DNA of 39,380 bases from the IMG/VR virus record IMGVR_UViG_3300045988_151958, positions 1 to 39,380 of that record; one strand, given 5' to 3'. Position 1 is the stretch's first letter. Every line of letters starts with the position of its first letter. Of the stretch, positions 1 to 8,249 are shown piece by piece. The stretch is from a virus. The translations under genes were made by a program, and so were the position numbers. Under the pieces are notes generated by a model. It was given only the letters and a program-made list of their open reading frames with translations. It did not search any database and was not told the DNA's origin.

Positions 1-55
1 AGCGGCGTCAGCCAGCGTCTGCTTACCGGACCGCCTCCATGCAACCGCCTGACGG
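1..55. repeat. 55-nt terminal overlap identical to 39326..39380 (circular closure of the contig or terminal redundancy)
   Basis: agcggcgtcagccagcgtctgcttaccggaccgcctccatgcaaccgcctgacgg occurs exactly at both window ends. Confidence 0.95.
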
Positions 56-2121
56 GCGCGCTTCGTGGCGTGCTCACGCATCAAACGCCCAGCCTCGCGG
101 GTCATTTGGATACGCTGGTAGGCCGGGTTCTCGCTGCCAGCCACACGGTTCTGCAGGTTGGCGATGCGGCGGATCGTGCTCAGCGTGGTTTCGGTCAGGG
201 TGCCGCCCGTACCTCGGATCGTCTGCATACCTTCGTACCAGTTGACCACGGTCAGGCGGGACAGCAGGCCGGAGCTAGATGCGTCGCTCGACAGCAGATG
301 CTCCAGGTAGGCCGGCTGTGTGTCAGCGATCATCGACAGGTAGTAGTGGCGCGGAATCTGGGCACCAGCTTGCGTCAGGGTCAACTCGGCGGGGCTGCCC
401 GGTGCGCGGTCGAACATCTGGATGACCTGCCGCAGCCCCACGGAGCCGACCTGGTCCGTGGCCAGGCGAGCCAGGTCCGTACCGATCTCTGACCAGTGGA
501 TCACACCGGCAGGAATCTGGCTCCGGAGCTTGGCTACAGCCGCGCGACCGCCAACCACAGAAGCTGCCACGGCGCACGCCGGGTTGGCGTCGCTGAACAG
601 GCCTGTGATCACGCTGGCGATGTTCTTGCCGGAGCCGGGAGGGGCGCACAGTACGACGTGGTTCGTGATACCGAACGAGTCGCCTGACGGGCTGCTGAAG
701 TTCCGTGCGGCCAGGCCGGACACGGCCGCCAGCAGGGCACCAGTAGCAAAGTCGACGGGCACGTCACCGCGGACGCTGTTTGCCAGGTCAGAGACTATCT
801 GGCCGGCCAGCCCTGGTGGCAGACCAGCGTTGCCGACCGCCTCCGTCTCGACCACGGCCACGGTGTCTTCAGCAGCCGGAACCTCCTCCGGGGCGTCATT
901 GTTCAGCACGTCCAGCTCGCCAGATTCAACCATCTCGGCGGCGCGGGCAAACATCCGATCCCAGTCGAAGGTCGCGGGCTCGCCGGCAGTCTCTTCAGCT
1001 TCCGTCTCAGTTTCGGCCTCGGTCAACTCATCGATGACGCCATCATCATCGACCGTGTAGCGTGTCGGTGCGGGCGGCTCAGGTTCCGGCTCAGGTTCCG
1101 GCTTCGGCATACGAGCCTCGGCCAGCTGCTTGGTCAGCTCGGCAACCTGGGTTGTGAGGGCCGTCACCCGCTCCAACAGGCGCTGAATCATCGCGTCACG
1201 GGGGTCAACCTTGGTCATCTCGGCTTCGACTTCCTGGACCTTGTCTGCGGCCTTGGCGGCCGGGGTGTCGCAGTATGCCACACCGACGAGGCTTTGCGCC
1301 ATATCCGTCCATTCGGAACCGATCTCGCGGCGCTTCCGCAGGCTGTTGATCGTCCGCTCGACGTAGTTCGTCTTGGCCTTGTCGCGCTGACCCAGGCCAG
1401 ACTTGCGGAACGTTGTAGCCACCACGGAATCGTCGTCGGTGGCCCAGCACAAGGCTTCGATCAAGGCCATGTCGGCCTCAGATTGCGACGGGTAGCCCAT
1501 AGACTGCCAGTCACCAGTCCACAGGCGGCGGACCTTGTCCTGCTTCCACACGCGCTTCAGCGCCTCACGGCAGGCGTCGTCGCTGGCGGAGTCCTGCATC
1601 GTGGCCGCCACCGGCTTCACCGTATTCTTCAGTTCGCCCAGACGGGTTATCAGGCGGTCGATCTTGGCTTGACGGGGCTCTACCACGTCCCAGCCGTTGA
1701 TCACGTTGCCGGTGACAATGATGAACCGCTCCTGGCCATAGACCTCGATGTCCTGCTTCGCGTCACGGACACCGCCAGACAGGTTGGCTTGCACGAAGAT
1801 GTGCGTGCCGCGGCCGCTGCTACTGATCTCGGCATAGGAGTCCAGCCACTCAACCATGGCCATCTGGTCGCCGGCGTAGTCCTCATCCATGTCGACCACG
1901 GTCACCCCACAGCCGGGCGTGAGCAGGGCGCCGACGCGGGCGGACGGACCAAGCGACTTGGCACGCTTCCATGCCTCGGTAGCGGACATCCAGCCGCGTG
2001 TGTCGGTCGTAGACAGAGGCATCCAGCCGCCAGAGGTCGGGGATATACCCCAGGGGCGCTTGTCGCCGTTCGCAGGATTGCGAGCGACACCCCAGTGCTT
2101 GATCAGTTGTGAAAGCTTCAT
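1..2121 (-). CDS. bifunctional DNA primase-polymerase (prim-pol) / P-loop helicase, N-terminal 707 codons; continues across the window end into 38831..39325
   Basis: Manual reverse translation from ATG at 2121: MKLSQLIKHWGVARNPANGDKRPWG... It has prim-pol-like VVDMDED and SSSGRGTHIFV motifs and a Walker A (VVLCAPPGSGKN) near 630. It is open to base 1 and in frame with 39325 downward. It is absent from the ORF track because it runs off the edge. Confidence 0.8.
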   Translation of the reverse strand, partial: MKLSQLIKHWGVARNPANGDKRPWGISPTSGGWMPLSTTDTRGWMSATEAWKRAKSLGPSARVGALLTPGCGVTVVDMDEDYAGDQMAMVEWLDSYAEISSSGRGTHIFVQANLSGGVRDAKQDIEVYGQERFIIVTGNVINGWDVVEPRQAKIDRLITRLGELKNTVKPVAATMQDSASDDACREALKRVWKQDKVRRLWTGDWQSMGYPSQSEADMALIEALCWATDDDSVVATTFRKSGLGQRDKAKTNYVERTINSLRKRREIGSEWTDMAQSLVGVAYCDTPAAKAADKVQEVEAEMTKVDPRDAMIQRLLERVTALTTQVAELTKQLAEARMPKPEPEPEPEPPAPTRYTVDDDGVIDELTEAETETEAEETAGEPATFDWDRMFARAAEMVESGELDVLNNDAPEEVPAAEDTVAVVETEAVGNAGLPPGLAGQIVSDLANSVRGDVPVDFATGALLAAVSGLAARNFSSPSGDSFGITNHVVLCAPPGSGKNIASVITGLFSDANPACAVAASVVGGRAAVAKLRSQIPAGVIHWSEIGTDLARLATDQVGSVGLRQVIQMFDRAPGSPAELTLTQAGAQIPRHYYLSMIADTQPAYLEHLLSSDASSSGLLSRLTVVNWYEGMQTIRGTGGTLTETTLSTIRRIANLQNRVAGSENPAYQRIQMTREAGRLMREHATKRARQAVAWRRSGKQTLADAA

Positions 2122-2868
2122 GTAAAACCCCAGAATGAATCCATGCGTGTATGGTACATGGATACTGACGCGCCGACAAGCTCCATTCGTCAGTCGAGAA
2201 AAGCAGGAACCCCGGGCCGCAGCGCTTTGCACGTCACCTCGGCCATTGGCGTGACCTCGGGCTCTGTGTGCCGCTCATTTGTCCCGGGGTATTACGGACG
2301 CAACCCGCCTCCGTTAGGCAACCACAGGTGCCCGGCCGGAACCACCTGTGACCGCCAATAGCCGCGCCAACGGCTACTGTCCGGAAAGCTCCGTGTGTAG
2401 TGCTACCCCAGCACACGGCCCGGTGTCGGTCTTTGGAGATCGTCGATTGTAACGGAACCCGGAGGGTACTTCGTTCCGGCTGATACGCGCTGACAGCTAG
2501 CTCGCTGCATCACCCTCAGCTGTCCCGGGTCAGCCAGAAGGCTGCCGGAGCTGCAGACACAGTGCCTGCCTATTTCCTACGTACTGCATCGGCGGATTTA
2601 GAGCCCCGGCCTTACCACCGGGGAGTTGTTCCTACCGCCACGTTCTGTGCTCGTTTGGTACTGCATTGCCGGAGTTAGGAGGCCTCGCGCTCTACCCTGA
2701 GACTCGCATCGCCTTGTACCCGACCGGCCGTCTTTACCTTTACCGTTTCAGCCCCGAGATTCCGTTTCTACCATCACCGCCTGGCTCGCAGGCGTCTAAG
2801 CAGTTGCATTCAGGGGCTTCGCATTCATCGCCAGCTACGCCGCCCGGCGGGCTGCCTCGCTGTCGATG
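2122..2868 (-). ncRNA. candidate long structured leader or ncRNA upstream of the primase gene
   Basis: Lies downstream of a consensus promoter. There is no credible ORF on either strand. Many perfect inverted repeats are present (2323-2350, 2359-2376, 2391-2418, 2453-2478, 2492-2524, nested 2591-2639), plus two modules 77 nt apart ending in GTACTGCAT. Confidence 0.35.
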
Positions 2869-2874
2869 GAGTGA

Positions 2875-2903
2875 ACTATACGCGCCTGGCGCAGCACTGT
2901 CAA
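2875..2903 (-). promoter_or_regulatory. sigma70-type promoter, TTGACA-17-TATAGT, firing leftward
   Basis: The reverse complement reads TTGACA (2903-2898), a 17-nt spacer, then TATAGT (2880-2875). The -10 plus downstream TCACTCCATCGAC is shared with the promoters at 22991 and 28766. Confidence 0.65.
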
Positions 2904-3049
2904 TACCATGCGATCACGCGCCGCTCATCCATCGACACACGGTCGCGTCACGCACGCGCGCACGAGGCAATCACAGGTCAATCACACGCCGCGGCAGCGG
3001 TCGGGCAGGAGCGATCCGCAACAGCTTGCGGACGGCTTCCCATTCGCAT

Positions 3050-3079
3050 TTGACAGTTTTTGACAATGCACTCTATAGG
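3050..3079 (+). promoter_or_regulatory. candidate rightward promoter, TTGACA-18-TATAGG, with a second TTGACA at 3060
   Basis: TTGACA at 3050-3055 and 3060-3065, TATAGG at 3074-3079. Located in the AT-rich divergent control region upstream of the structural arm. Confidence 0.4.
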
Positions 3080-3122
3080 AAGACCATATAAAAAAAAAGT
3101 ACTTTCCAAACATTAGACCCCA
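3074..3122. repeat. AT-rich conserved block, copy A (second copy at 25573..25619)
   Basis: TATAGGAAGACCATATAAAAAAAAAGTACTTTCCAAACATTAGACCCCA aligns with TATAGAAGGACATATAAAAAGTATGCATTTTCACACCTTTGACCTCA. Confidence 0.65.
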
Positions 3123-3182
3123 TGTTAAATGTAACGACACACTTTTTAAATCGCTCAGAATCAATGACTTAGACGAAAATCC

Positions 3183-3230
3183 TGTTACAATTTAAGTTGT
3201 AACAAATCGTAAGCATACACTTTGTTACAA
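3183..3230. repeat. three copies of the octamer TGTTACAA (one inverted pair plus one direct copy)
   Basis: TGTTACAA at 3183-3190, TTGTAACA at 3197-3204 (forming a palindrome with a 6-nt spacer), TGTTACAA at 3223-3230. Confidence 0.6.
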
Positions 3231-3328
3231 CTTGAGAAGGGTTCGCAATTGGATGACCATGCTGTACGCACATCCAGTAGCAAGCGATCGCCGGCGGGCG
3301 GCCGCCGCAACGGCTGTGTGTGGCGGAA

Positions 3329-3337
3329 TGGTAGAAT
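3329..3337 (+). promoter_or_regulatory. extended -10 element TGgTAGAAT upstream of terS
   Basis: TGGTAGAAT lies 30 nt upstream of the ATG at 3367. No clear -35. Confidence 0.35.
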
Positions 3338-3366
3338 CGTGGCCGGTACCGAACCCCTGATTTCCG

Positions 3367-3825
3367 ATGAAACCTCCGCACCTGCCGCCCATCAATGAGA
3401 TGGCTCTACGCGAGCACCCGTGGCCCGACATCTTTCAGGGCGTGACCCTGGGCGAGTTTGTGGCCAGCTACCTGATCGACTACAACGGTCGGAAGGCGCT
3501 GCGTCGACTGGGCGTGTGGAAGGGGTGCGAGGCTCATGTGGCCGAGCTCCTGTTGGAGCGTGACGACGTCCAGAACGAGCTGTCGCTCCGTCAGCTGGAG
3601 GTCACCGAGGCCAACATGGCTGCCATCCGTGCGCGAGCCATGCAGGGGCTGTATCAACTGGCCCTCGGGGCTGAGTCAGAGTCTGTCCGTCTGCAGGCCC
3701 TGGGGCGTCTGCTGGATGTGACTGGCGGGGCTACCGCGAAGGTGGAGCAGATGGACCTGTCCGACACCGAGTCCACCCAGATCAAGGAGGCTCTGGCCGC
3801 CATCGGCAGGGCACCCGTCCTGTGA
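3367..3825 (+). CDS. terS: terminase small subunit (putative)
   Basis: 152 aa. FVASYLIDYNGRKALRRLGV resembles the Terminase_2 N-terminal signature. Lies immediately upstream of and overlaps terL. Confidence 0.65.
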   Translation: MKPPHLPPINEMALREHPWPDIFQGVTLGEFVASYLIDYNGRKALRRLGVWKGCEAHVAELLLERDDVQNELSLRQLEVTEANMAAIRARAMQGLYQLALGAESESVRLQALGRLLDVTGGATAKVEQMDLSDTESTQIKEALAAIGRAPVL

Positions 3826-5249
3826 AAGCCGATGCGCTCGCAACCCAGCTGCTCCGGGAGTACGCCACGCGGTCGCTCCGAAGCTTCGTGGGTGTCTTCT
3901 GGCCCGTGCTGGAGAATGACCGCCCAATCGCCTGGGGCTGGGCCCTTGACGCCATGTGCGAGCATCTGGAGGCCGTGTCTCGCGGGGAGATCACGCGGCT
4001 GGTGATCAACGTTCCACCGGGCTCGATGAAGTCCCTGCTGGTGAGCGTGATGTGGCCGGCCTGGGAGTGGGCTTGCGGTCGTCCGAACCTGAAGTTCATC
4101 GGCGTCGCGCACAACACGCAGCTCAGCGCCCGCGACGCCCGCAAGATGCGACGGCTGGTGCAGTCGCCTGAGTATCGTCAGCTGTTCCCGCACGTGGAGC
4201 TGACGAAGGACCAGAACAGCAAGATCAACTTCGAGACGACAGCCTATGGCCAGCGCGTGTGCATGGCATTCCGGAACATGACGGGCGAGCGGGGAGACCG
4301 TGTGATCATCGATGACCCGATGACCGTGGAGGACGCTTTCTCCCGGGCTGCCATCGAGGAGGCCGGCCGCATCTTCAATGAGACGGTACCAAGCCGTGTC
4401 AACGACAGCAAGTCGGCCATCGTGATGATCATGCAGCGCATCCACGAGTCGGACCCGGCTGCCATCGCCCTGTCCGACCCGGCCTACGAGAAGCTGATCA
4501 TCCCGATGCGCTGGGACTCGAAGTTCGTCAACAACACCGCCCGCTTCACGGACCCCCGGACCGGCGGGCCGGAGGGTGCCCTGTTCTTCCCGGAGCGATT
4601 CGACGCCGCCGCAGTCGAGGCACTGGAGCGCCGCCTCGGCCCCTACGGCTCAGCCAGCCAGCTCCAGCAGCAGCCGGCCCCGCGGTCGGGCGGATACCTT
4701 GATCCGACGAACATCGTGGTGGTGCCCGATGGCTCGATCCTGCCGCAGCTCCGCCTGTGTCGGGGCTGGGACCTAGCTGCTACGGAGGGGGCAGGCGACT
4801 ACACGGTGGGGGCGCTCGTGGGTATCCACGATGAGACCGGCCGCGTGTACCTGATGGACGTAGTCCGGGGCCAGTGGGGCTCTGCCAAGGTGGATGCGAC
4901 AATCAAGCGTGTGGCTGCCATGGATGGCCCGCTGGTGGAGCAATCACTGCCGATCGACCCGGGTGCTGCCGGCAAGCGGGCGGCAGACCAGTACGCGATC
5001 GCCCTGACTGGGTACGCCGTTCATACGTCGCGGGAAACCGGCGACAAGATGACTCGCGCCCGGCCGCTGTCCAGCATCGTGCAGGATGGGCGCTTCCACG
5101 TCGTCTGCTCGCCAGAGATGGCCCGTCCGGTGTTGGACGAGTTTGCCGCAGCTCCTGTCGGCAAGCACGATGATACAATTGACGCCATCTCGCGCGCCCT
5201 GAACCGTCTGACGGAGACGGCCGCGTTTCAACTGACGGGGCTCCTGTGA
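3822..5249 (+). CDS. terL: terminase large subunit
   Basis: 475 aa. Walker-A-like PPGSMKS, Walker-B-like RVIIDDP, C-terminal nuclease-type HDDTIDA. Start overlaps the terS stop. Confidence 0.85.
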   Translation: MKADALATQLLREYATRSLRSFVGVFWPVLENDRPIAWGWALDAMCEHLEAVSRGEITRLVINVPPGSMKSLLVSVMWPAWEWACGRPNLKFIGVAHNTQLSARDARKMRRLVQSPEYRQLFPHVELTKDQNSKINFETTAYGQRVCMAFRNMTGERGDRVIIDDPMTVEDAFSRAAIEEAGRIFNETVPSRVNDSKSAIVMIMQRIHESDPAAIALSDPAYEKLIIPMRWDSKFVNNTARFTDPRTGGPEGALFFPERFDAAAVEALERRLGPYGSASQLQQQPAPRSGGYLDPTNIVVVPDGSILPQLRLCRGWDLAATEGAGDYTVGALVGIHDETGRVYLMDVVRGQWGSAKVDATIKRVAAMDGPLVEQSLPIDPGAAGKRAADQYAIALTGYAVHTSRETGDKMTRARPLSSIVQDGRFHVVCSPEMARPVLDEFAAAPVGKHDDTIDAISRALNRLTETAAFQLTGLL

Positions 5250-6232
5250 CCGACACGAAAGCAACCATCACCCAAGACGGCGCTTATGAGGACGTCTTCA
5301 CCAAGACCGGCCTACTGCCGCTTGACTGGGCGGACCGCAAGGAGCGCCTGAACCGTATCTGGGGCATCCTGCCCTGGGCGGCCGTGGGCGGCTGGCGTAC
5401 CGACCACAAGCTGCAGCCCAAGATTGCCAAGGCTGCCGCCCGTGCCATGGCGCGCGCCGAGCGCCTCGGAGAGGCGATTCTGCTGGAATCCGGCCGCGTG
5501 CTGGACCGCTCGACTTGTTCCGTCATCCGTTCAGCCACGGTAGGGGAGAACAAGGGTGACCCAGTGGAGATCGTAGTCGACAGCACCCTGTATACACAGG
5601 GGCAGTTCCTTGTCGTCAAGGGGGTGATGGACCGGGATGGCATCCGCGCCGCAGTGGATCGCTACCTGAAGGCCGTAGATATGGCTGTAGCTGGCCTCGA
5701 GCGGTCACAACAGCCCGTCCACAAAATCCCGGACCTGTCTCGCTACCTGCAGACGCCCAACGGCCGCCAGCTTGTTGAACAGCGCATCGCCCTTGTGGAT
5801 GCCGCCCGTGGCGTCCGCAACACGGTCGTAATCGACGGGGCCGAGGACTACACCATCCAGACGGCCCAAATGTCGGCCGCTCAGTCGACCATCGAGGCCG
5901 CTCGCGAAACCGTGTGTGCCGCCTCGGGCATTCCTGCCCGCATCCTGTTCGGCGATGCCACCTCCGGAGGTCTGAGTGCCAACAGCGGTGAGAGCCACAA
6001 TTGGCGTGCTCAGGTCCGCCAGTATCAGGAGACCCAAGCCGTCGCCATCCTGGAGTTCCTCTCCGGCGAGCCTGCCGAGTTTGAGGATTTGAGCCGCGAG
6101 AGCCAGCACGAGCGGGCACAGCGCCTCGAGCGGATTGCCTCCGCCCTGGACCGGCTGCTGTCACACGGGGTGCTGGACAACGAACAGGCTCGCAACCTGC
6201 TGAGCGCGGAGGGGTTCGATGTCTCGGCGTGA
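5246..6232 (+). CDS. portal protein (putative; short, GTG start)
   Basis: 328 aa, positioned between terL and the Mu-F-like gene. I recognise no diagnostic portal motif; DUF1073-type portals are my guess. The start is uncertain. Confidence 0.55.
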   Translation: MTDTKATITQDGAYEDVFTKTGLLPLDWADRKERLNRIWGILPWAAVGGWRTDHKLQPKIAKAAARAMARAERLGEAILLESGRVLDRSTCSVIRSATVGENKGDPVEIVVDSTLYTQGQFLVVKGVMDRDGIRAAVDRYLKAVDMAVAGLERSQQPVHKIPDLSRYLQTPNGRQLVEQRIALVDAARGVRNTVVIDGAEDYTIQTAQMSAAQSTIEAARETVCAASGIPARILFGDATSGGLSANSGESHNWRAQVRQYQETQAVAILEFLSGEPAEFEDLSRESQHERAQRLERIASALDRLLSHGVLDNEQARNLLSAEGFDVSA

Positions 6233-6914
6233 GCAGGGGAAGAAGTACACCGAATGGCCCTCGGCCGTCGACTACACGCGAGCCCTCAAGAAGACGGTCA
6301 CAGCCGTGTGGCCGTTTGTCGACCTGAAAGAGGTCGGCAACGTCCGCGGGAAGCTGGAATGGTTCCATATCTACCTGTCCCGCTTCAACGACCGCCAGTT
6401 CCGGATGCTGGTCAAGTCCCGCACAGGTGTTGATCTGCCGCCCTCGATGGACTTCAAGGGGCTGGACGGCAATCAGCGCGTGCGTGTTGAGCGCTGGCTG
6501 CAGGCTGAGCGTGACCGTTGGATCGCCGAGCAGGTCCGTCTCATCGGCTCGCTGACCGACCGCCACGCCGAGCGGGCCACCCAGATTCTGACCCAGTACG
6601 CCGGCCAGCCCGAGGCTATCAAGGAAGGGCTGATCCGTGTGCTTGGCATGGCCCACAACCGCGCCGAGCTGATCGCCGAGGATCAGTTCAACAAGGGCAC
6701 GGAGGTACTGAACCGCGCCCGGTATCAGGCCATGGGCTCCATCACCTACCGCTGGGTTACTGAGCACGATAGCCGCGTGCGCCCGACGCACCGTGCCCGT
6801 GACGGGCAGGTGTTCTCGTATAATGGAGCGACGAACCCCGGCTGGGATATCCGGTGCCGCTGTCACGCGGAGCCGATCTTCCCCCGGAACCTGAATCCCG
6901 TGGAGGTTGAATGA
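6219..6914 (+). CDS. head morphogenesis protein (Mu F / SPP1 gp7 family)
   Basis: 231 aa. RWVTEHDSRVRPTHRARDGQVF is the classic Phage_Mu_F motif. Confidence 0.8.
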   Translation: MSRREQGKKYTEWPSAVDYTRALKKTVTAVWPFVDLKEVGNVRGKLEWFHIYLSRFNDRQFRMLVKSRTGVDLPPSMDFKGLDGNQRVRVERWLQAERDRWIAEQVRLIGSLTDRHAERATQILTQYAGQPEAIKEGLIRVLGMAHNRAELIAEDQFNKGTEVLNRARYQAMGSITYRWVTEHDSRVRPTHRARDGQVFSYNGATNPGWDIRCRCHAEPIFPRNLNPVEVE

Positions 6915-7816
6915 AGATCGGCAAGACCCCGGAGGGCTACATCATCGACACCCCCATCATCGCCCGTACCGGCATCCAGTGGTACAAGCGCGATGGCAGG
7001 GATGTGGCCGAGTACCGCCCCGCCTCTGAGGTGTTCGCCCCTGAGTCGCTGGCCTCGTTCGTGGGGCGCCCGCTAACCATCGATCACCCGGCCTTCATGG
7101 TCCGCGCCGATAACGTGCGGTCCGTGGTGGTCGGTGCCATCCTTGGCGAGCCGTGGCGCGATGGCGAGAATCTGCGGGCCCGCGTGGTCGTTCATGACAA
7201 GCGGGCGGTGGACATGATCGAGCGCGGCTTGAAAGCCGAGCTTTCGGTGGGGTATACTGTCGAAACTGAACAGGTTGCCGGTACCACGCCGGAAGGCGCT
7301 CACTACGACGCCGTCCAGCGCAACATCCGCTGTAACCATCTGTCGATTGTCACCCGTGGCCGGGCCGGTAACGCCCGGTTTTCCAAGGAGTTTCCCAGAA
7401 TGGATGAAGCAAAGCCGGTCGAAGCCCCGACCATCGATCAGCTGCAGGCCCGTTGTGACGCCCTGCAAGCCGAGGTTGAACGCCTGCAGGCTGAGCCCAA
7501 GGCCGTCGAGCTGTCCGGCGACAAGCTGGCCGCACTGCGCGCCCAGATCGAAGCCGCCGTCCGCGCCGATGTGGCTGAAGAGTACGCTGCCGCCGACGTG
7601 GCCAAGCAGTTTGGCGTGAAGCCTGAAGCTTCCGCTATCGCCACGATGAAGGCTGTTCTGGCGCACGCCCAGCCCAGTGTTAAACTGGATGGCAAGTCGG
7701 ATGAGTACATCCGTGCCGCATTTGACGTTGTCCGCACCGTGCGCGCCGAGCCCGCCAAAGTCGAACAGAAGCCCGCGCAAACCGCGACCACCGCATTCAC
7801 TTTCCTGAAGGTCTGA
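6911..7816 (+). CDS. scaffold/prohead-protease-like protein (DUF2213-like)
   Basis: 301 aa. The N-terminus MKIGKTPEGYIIDTPIIARTGIQWY is followed by a coiled-coil, Ala/Glu-rich C-terminus. Position is before the decoration and capsid genes. Confidence 0.55.
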   Translation: MKIGKTPEGYIIDTPIIARTGIQWYKRDGRDVAEYRPASEVFAPESLASFVGRPLTIDHPAFMVRADNVRSVVVGAILGEPWRDGENLRARVVVHDKRAVDMIERGLKAELSVGYTVETEQVAGTTPEGAHYDAVQRNIRCNHLSIVTRGRAGNARFSKEFPRMDEAKPVEAPTIDQLQARCDALQAEVERLQAEPKAVELSGDKLAALRAQIEAAVRADVAEEYAAADVAKQFGVKPEASAIATMKAVLAHAQPSVKLDGKSDEYIRAAFDVVRTVRAEPAKVEQKPAQTATTAFTFLKV

Positions 7817-7819
7817 ACG

Positions 7820-8242
7820 ATGTACAACATTCCCAAATCCAGCCCGGGCATGATCCAGCACGGATACAGCCCCACCGCCATCGAGACGTTCCCCGCCGGC
7901 GCTGAAATCCCGTTCGGCGCTGCCGTGATGCTGGACACCAACGGCGCCGTGGTTGAAGCCACGAACGGCAACCTGGTCGGCTTCGCCATCGCCTCACACG
8001 TGTGTGTCGGTCAGGGCAAGTACCTGAAAGGTCAGCCCGTCGGCGTACTGACGCAAGGCACCATCACGGTTCGTGCTTCCGGCAAGGTTGACGCCAATGC
8101 CCGCCTGAACTACCACGGTTCCCAGAAAGCCGTGATGGCCAAGGCCACCGGCGGCAATGAGCCGGCGTTCCTGAACCTTGTTGCCAAGACCGCGACCGCT
8201 GCTGGCGGCGTGGTTGACGTGCAGGTTCTGACCGTTAAGTGA
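7820..8242 (+). CDS. head decoration-like protein (DUF2190-like)
   Basis: 140 aa, Gly/Val-rich beta protein directly upstream of the major capsid gene. Confidence 0.5.
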   Translation: MYNIPKSSPGMIQHGYSPTAIETFPAGAEIPFGAAVMLDTNGAVVEATNGNLVGFAIASHVCVGQGKYLKGQPVGVLTQGTITVRASGKVDANARLNYHGSQKAVMAKATGGNEPAFLNLVAKTATAAGGVVDVQVLTVK

Positions 8243-8249
8243 TGTCCGC

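Noticed and set aside
1-55. Interpreting the 55-nt end repeat as a biological direct terminal repeat
   Set aside because: It falls inside a coding sequence, and its length is typical of an assembler k-mer overlap. It is treated as evidence of circular closure only.
70-2112. Long + strand ORFs 70..492, 422..1060 and 1294..2112
   Set aside because: They are Arg/Ala/Gly/Pro-rich with no RBS. They lie exactly antisense to a continuous minus-strand frame that carries primase and Walker A motifs. They are shadow ORFs typical of GC-rich DNA.
2591-2640. tRNA-like start GGCGGATTTAGAG, and the idea that 2122-2868 is RNase P RNA or tmRNA
   Set aside because: No cloverleaf can be drawn: there is no T-arm GGTTCGAATCC-type sequence and no matching acceptor stem. 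The universal RNase P GAGGAAAGUCCGG element and a tmRNA tag or CCA-end are absent on both strands.
2666-3091. 141-aa + strand ORF, plus other 60-72-aa ORFs at 2143-3431
   Set aside because: Their composition (Arg/Ser/Pro/His-rich) is not protein-like. They have no RBS and lie in the non-coding leader and control region, spanning the promoter elements.
3654-4445. 263-aa minus-strand ORF inside terL, and similar antisense ORFs at 5616..6866, 7073..7861, 10774..12141, 12117..13487, 13934..14581 and 18491..19492
   Set aside because: All overlap well-supported + strand structural genes, are rich in Arg/Gly/His/Pro and lack an RBS. They are antisense artefacts of high GC content.
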